A program made the translations under genes and the position numbers. The notes beneath the pieces were generated by a model. The model saw only the letters and a program-made list of their open reading frames with translations, was not told the DNA's origin and ran no database searches. Shown one piece after another: positions 16,370 through 19,442 of a stretch of DNA of 19,442 nt; within the stretch, counting starts at the first letter, position 1; the number at the start of each line of letters is the position of its first letter. Source of the DNA: a virus (taxonomy: Duplodnaviria > Heunggongvirae > Uroviricota > Caudoviricetes); the IMG/VR virus record IMGVR_UViG_2529292997_000011, positions 1 to 19,442 of that record. One strand, given 5' to 3'.

Positions 16370-17419
16370 TCAAACGATTAAATCCTGAACTTCCCTGACT
16401 GTCTGCTCAAAACGTCCGGTCTCCAGTTCAACGCCAATCGCACGACGCCCGAGCGCCAGTGCAGCTTTTACCGTTGAACCTGAGCCCATAAAAAAATCTG
16501 CAACCAGGTCACCCGGACGACTGCTTGCGCTGATTATCTGCTGCAGCATTTCTGCCGGTTTTTCGCACGGATGTTTCCCGGGATAGAACTGCACCGGTTT
16601 ATGTGTCCACACATCCGTGTACGGCACCTGCGCCGTCACACCAAAATACCGCCGCAGATGCTTATATTCACTCTGCAGCTCCACATACTGCCGGTTCAGT
16701 GACGTATACGTATCCACCAGCTGGTGGTGGGGCTTTTCCAGTTCTCCCCGCTGATGTTTCTCTTCTGCCACCCGGGCAAACAGCGACTGTAATTTCAGAT
16801 AATCGCTTTCGTTCGGTAGCTGCCACTGACTGGCACTGAACCAGTGCGACACCATGTTTTTCTTTCCTGTGGCATCTGCAATCTGTTTTGCCGTTATCCC
16901 CAGGGCCGCGCGCGCATCACGAAAGTAAGAAATCAGCGGGGCCATCACATGCTGTTTCAGTGCACTGCCCTTCGCCGCATACCCGGCATCTTTCGGACGA
17001 TACGGCCCCTGATAATGTTCCGCGAACAGAATGCGCTCTGTGGCGGGGAAATACGCCCGCAGGCTTTCCTTGTTGCATCCGTTCCAGCGTCCGGACGGCT
17101 TCGCCCAGATAATATGGTTCAGCACACTGAAGCGTTCACGCATCATGATTTCGATATCAGATGCCAGGCGATGACCACAGAACAGGTAAAGACTTCCGGC
17201 AGGTTTCAGCACCCGCCAGAACTGCGCCAGACACTGGTCCAGCCACTTCAGGTAATCATCGTCGCCCTTCCACTGGTTATCCCAGCCCTCGGGCTTCACT
17301 TTAAAGTACGGCGGGTCCGTGACTATCAGGTCAACAGAATTTTCGGGTAACGACCGGATAAATTCCAGGCAGTCGGCGTTGATTAACTCACAACTGGATA
17401 TTTTTACAGTGTTAAGCAT
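16370..17419 (-). CDS. Orphan DNA methyltransferase, beta-class order (motif IV DPPY before motif I FxGxG); N6-adenine or N4-cytosine
   Basis: 349-aa ORF with VTDPPYF near the N-terminus and DFFMGSGST near the C-terminus. No adjacent restriction endonuclease gene is visible. Confidence 0.85.
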   Translation of the reverse strand: MLNTVKISSCELINADCLEFIRSLPENSVDLIVTDPPYFKVKPEGWDNQWKGDDDYLKWLDQCLAQFWRVLKPAGSLYLFCGHRLASDIEIMMRERFSVLNHIIWAKPSGRWNGCNKESLRAYFPATERILFAEHYQGPYRPKDAGYAAKGSALKQHVMAPLISYFRDARAALGITAKQIADATGKKNMVSHWFSASQWQLPNESDYLKLQSLFARVAEEKHQRGELEKPHHQLVDTYTSLNRQYVELQSEYKHLRRYFGVTAQVPYTDVWTHKPVQFYPGKHPCEKPAEMLQQIISASSRPGDLVADFFMGSGSTVKAALALGRRAIGVELETGRFEQTVREVQDLIV

Positions 17420-17451
17420 GGATCATTAAGCCTGTCTCTGATAGGCTCATT

Positions 17452-17470
17452 CTGCTTTTGCGCAAAGCAG
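17452..17470. promoter_or_regulatory. 19-bp palindrome in the methyltransferase 5' leader; candidate operator or RNA hairpin
   Basis: CTGCTTT-TGCGC-AAAGCAG: 7-bp perfect arms, about 35-50 bp upstream of the methyltransferase ATG at 17419. Confidence 0.35.
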
Positions 17471-17555
17471 ATGGGCCTGAGGTTTGCTTGTGACCCCAAC
17501 GCATGAGCAGATGGCTGGCAGGTGCCGCTAACACCCACCAGCCGCCCATTACCAC

Positions 17556-17583
17556 AAATAAAAAAGCCTTCAGGGCTGAAGGC
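17556..17583 (-). terminator. Terminator-like hairpin overlapping the stop codon of the small upstream gene
   Basis: Minus-strand GCCUUCA-gccc-UGAAGGC followed by UUUUUUAUUU; the TGA stop of the 65-aa ORF lies inside the hairpin. Confidence 0.45.
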
Positions 17584-17766
17584 GTCTGTAACAACCGAAC
17601 TGATAATCTGCCAGACCCGCCATAACAAGCTGAGTCAGTATTAACTGGCAGCGTTCACGTGAAAGGTAAGTATTCTGCGCAATCTCCCCGACGGTCGCCG
17701 GTTCGGTGACGCTTAATTCATTAAACACCACTCTGGCGGTTTCGGTCATATCCTGCTGTTTTAGCA
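17570..17766 (-). CDS. Small 65-aa protein, possible helix-turn-helix regulator
   Basis: Track ORF 17570..17848; the internal ATG at 17766 (MLKQQDMTETARVVFNELSVTEPATVGEIAQNTYLSRERCQLILTQLVMAGLADYQF...) is preceded by AAGGAAAAG and lies downstream of tR'. The HTH assignment is a guess from residue pattern. Confidence 0.45.
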
Positions 17767-17884
17767 TGTCTTTTCCTTTTCCGGTTAACGTGACACACCA
17801 ATAACTCTTGTCGAAAAAGCCAGCAAGCTGAAAGACCCGTATTCGCAACCACCAGCGCGTTTACTGTACTGACGCGATTTCAGT

Positions 17885-17910
17885 CATAAAAAACCCGCCA
17901 GGCGGCGGGG
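17885..17910 (-). terminator. tR'-like intrinsic terminator about 45-65 nt downstream of the pR' start
   Basis: Minus-strand CCCGCC-gccu-GGCGGG followed by UUUUUUAUGA. Confidence 0.55.
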
Positions 17911-17949
17911 TGTAAAAAATCTTCTAACGTCAGGCATAAAACGCCCATC

Positions 17950-17990
17950 GTTAGAGCAAATTTACCACAGATTCGGGAAAAATCAACAAC
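17950..17990 (-). promoter_or_regulatory. Late promoter pR' with lambda-like -10 and pause-inducing region (qut-like)
   Basis: Minus strand: TTGATT (17986-17981), 16-nt spacer, TAAATT (17964-17959), then TTGCTCTAACGATGGGCG. From memory this is strikingly like lambda pR' (GGTAAATTTGACTCAACGATGGG). It begins 5 nt after the Q stop codon. Confidence 0.55.
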
Positions 17991-17991
17991 A

Positions 17992-18813
17992 CTATCGCGT
18001 TACCCTCTTTAACTGCCGCTCCGCCCATGCCTCTTCAATGTCAAACCGAACCACCAACGTATCGTAAAAGCGTTTCACTGATTTTTTCCACGTATCAAGC
18101 GTGATAGCACTCGTCACTTTGCGTATGGCATTAAATGCCTCCGTTGATGGTAGTCTTTCACAGCCACGACCACCACAACGCTGGCAGTCTCTGATAACAG
18201 GCATACCACGTTTTACCGACTCTTCACGATGAATGGCAACACCACGCCCACGACAGTCTTTACAGGCAGTGGAAATCTCCCCCTTCCCTTTACATTCAGG
18301 ACAAGACACTTTCACCACCTCCCGATTTTTTTTCCATTCTTCCCAGTAAGACGGATACACACCTTTCGTACACTTTGCCCATACCGGCGGCTTACCATCC
18401 GGATACTGGACCTTGTTTGTAAAAACTACGCTTTCAATAAATTTTTCCCCATAGCAACAAGGGCACTGCTTTTTACTCGCTGCGCTGCGGGCATAATCCT
18501 CAAAAGCGTACGAAGCCATAATGCGCATCACTACCGGTTTTATTTCTGCCGGGAGTTTTCTTAACGCCGCCACGCGATCACACCGACTGAGTGCATATTC
18601 TGTCAGCAATTCTGTTGCCCGCTCTCTGTCATTCATACTAATGCCCATTTTCCCAAGGAACGCAGAAAACCCCATCTCAGCCCGATTCTGTGTCATGCCC
18701 TGCGCGGCCATCACATCAGTGATACTCAGCGCATCTTTCGACGTTGAGGCCGATGCATCAGTCAGGCCGGGGGATTTTGGGGAGTAGTATTTCGGTAAAT
18801 CTTCCAGTTTCAT
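17992..18813 (-). CDS. Q: Late-gene antiterminator Q (lambda Q family, with an internal cysteine-rich insertion)
   Basis: 273-aa ORF. N-terminus (YYSPKSPGL...TDVMAAQGM) and C-terminus (RLPSTEAFNAIRKVTSAITLDTWKKSVKRFYDTLVV...RVTR) resemble lambda Q from memory. Central zinc-finger-like CPECKGKGE...CKDCRGRG...CQRCGGRGC. Followed directly by pR'. Confidence 0.85.
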   Translation of the reverse strand: MKLEDLPKYYSPKSPGLTDASASTSKDALSITDVMAAQGMTQNRAEMGFSAFLGKMGISMNDRERATELLTEYALSRCDRVAALRKLPAEIKPVVMRIMASYAFEDYARSAASKKQCPCCYGEKFIESVVFTNKVQYPDGKPPVWAKCTKGVYPSYWEEWKKNREVVKVSCPECKGKGEISTACKDCRGRGVAIHREESVKRGMPVIRDCQRCGGRGCERLPSTEAFNAIRKVTSAITLDTWKKSVKRFYDTLVVRFDIEEAWAERQLKRVTR

Positions 18814-19190
18814 TTTTTGACCTGCCCTTCAAGCATTATGGGGTAAATCTTCACCCCCAGACGTCCACCAGATACTGGCTGAGCACGAACGATATTGATT
18901 TCATCAAACTGCTCATCGTCCATTAGCAACCCCGCATGCGTCAGCGCATCCAGCGGCGCTTTCAGAATATTGTCCAGGTCACGGCGGCGCTTATCCGGTG
19001 GTTCTGCAATAATTTTTATTGCCAACCTTCCGGACAGGCTTAATTTCAGCCGCTGCTGGCGAACAATAAGCGCCACTGCCCGGCGATAACGCTCCCCGGC
19101 TTTTGATACAAAATATGTGCTGCCACGACGACGCCAGTAAGTGTTCACCGTTGGCGGGTAAGGCAAAACAAATTCTATGCGTTCAGTCAT
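18810..19190 (-). CDS. rusA: RusA-family Holliday junction resolvase
   Basis: 126-aa ORF with LPYPPTVNTYWRRRG and DKRRRDLDNILKAPLDALTHAGLLMDDEQ; the aspartate cluster and surrounding sequence resemble E. coli RusA from memory. Overlaps the Q start by 4 nt. Confidence 0.85.
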   Translation of the reverse strand: MTERIEFVLPYPPTVNTYWRRRGSTYFVSKAGERYRRAVALIVRQQRLKLSLSGRLAIKIIAEPPDKRRRDLDNILKAPLDALTHAGLLMDDEQFDEINIVRAQPVSGGRLGVKIYPIMLEGQVKK

Positions 19191-19421
19191 TTATGCTTTC
19201 CACTTCAAAACACCCGAATTTCTCGCGTGCATTAAAAAACGAATCAGCAACAACAGCTGGCTGCCGTGTTTTTCTTCAAAATCTTTTACCCCGGCGTGTA
19301 GTTCGCTATGGCATTTACGGCACAGCGGAATAACAAACAAATCATCAGCCTTTGTTCCCATCCCTCCCAGTCCATGACCAATGATGTGATGCGGATCATC
19401 TGCCTGATTGCCACACGTCAT
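19191..19421 (-). CDS. nin-region protein, DUF1364 / YbcO-like putative Zn-binding nuclease; N-terminus may extend beyond the chosen start
   Basis: 76-aa ORF with HHIIGHGLGGMGTKADDLFVIPLCRKCHSELH; the His/Cys pattern and the position just upstream of rusA match ybcO-like genes of lambdoid nin regions. Only 21 nt of window remain upstream of the chosen start. Confidence 0.5.
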   Translation of the reverse strand: MTCGNQADDPHHIIGHGLGGMGTKADDLFVIPLCRKCHSELHAGVKDFEEKHGSQLLLLIRFLMHARNSGVLKWKA

Positions 19422-19442
19422 GCATTTCTGCGTTTTTACCCA

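Overview
This window reads as the late region of a lambdoid (lambda / HK97 / phage-21 mosaic) enterobacterial prophage or phage, with nearly every gene on the minus strand. All protein identities below are recognised by eye from the translations and from memory of the named families; no database search or alignment was run. In transcription order (high to low coordinate): end of the nin region (DUF1364/YbcO-like gene, RusA resolvase), Q antiterminator followed by a lambda-like pR' promoter and tR' terminator, a small 65-aa gene, an orphan beta-class DNA methyltransferase, a four-tRNA cluster with its own promoter and terminator, a phage-21-type lysis cassette (pinholin, YdfR-like gene, SAR endolysin, Rz with embedded Rz1), an AT-rich cargo island, HNH endonuclease, terminase small (P27 family) and large subunits, portal, prohead protease, HK97-fold major capsid protein, connector and tail-completion genes, major tail protein, tail assembly chaperones G and G-T joined by a -1 frameshift at A_AAA_AAG, tape measure protein, and lambda-like minor tail proteins M and L (L truncated by the window edge). 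The best candidate for something undescribed is the AT-rich island at about 12983-14087: a plus-strand YfbU-family (UPF0304) gene with its own terminator, convergent with an 88-aa GTG-initiated ORF, sitting where lambda carries bor. Second is the small gene / palindrome / orphan methyltransferase module, and third the tRNA cluster, whose four anticodons all read A-ending codons and one of which is non-canonical. No CRISPR array, integrase, transposase or toxin cargo is visible.
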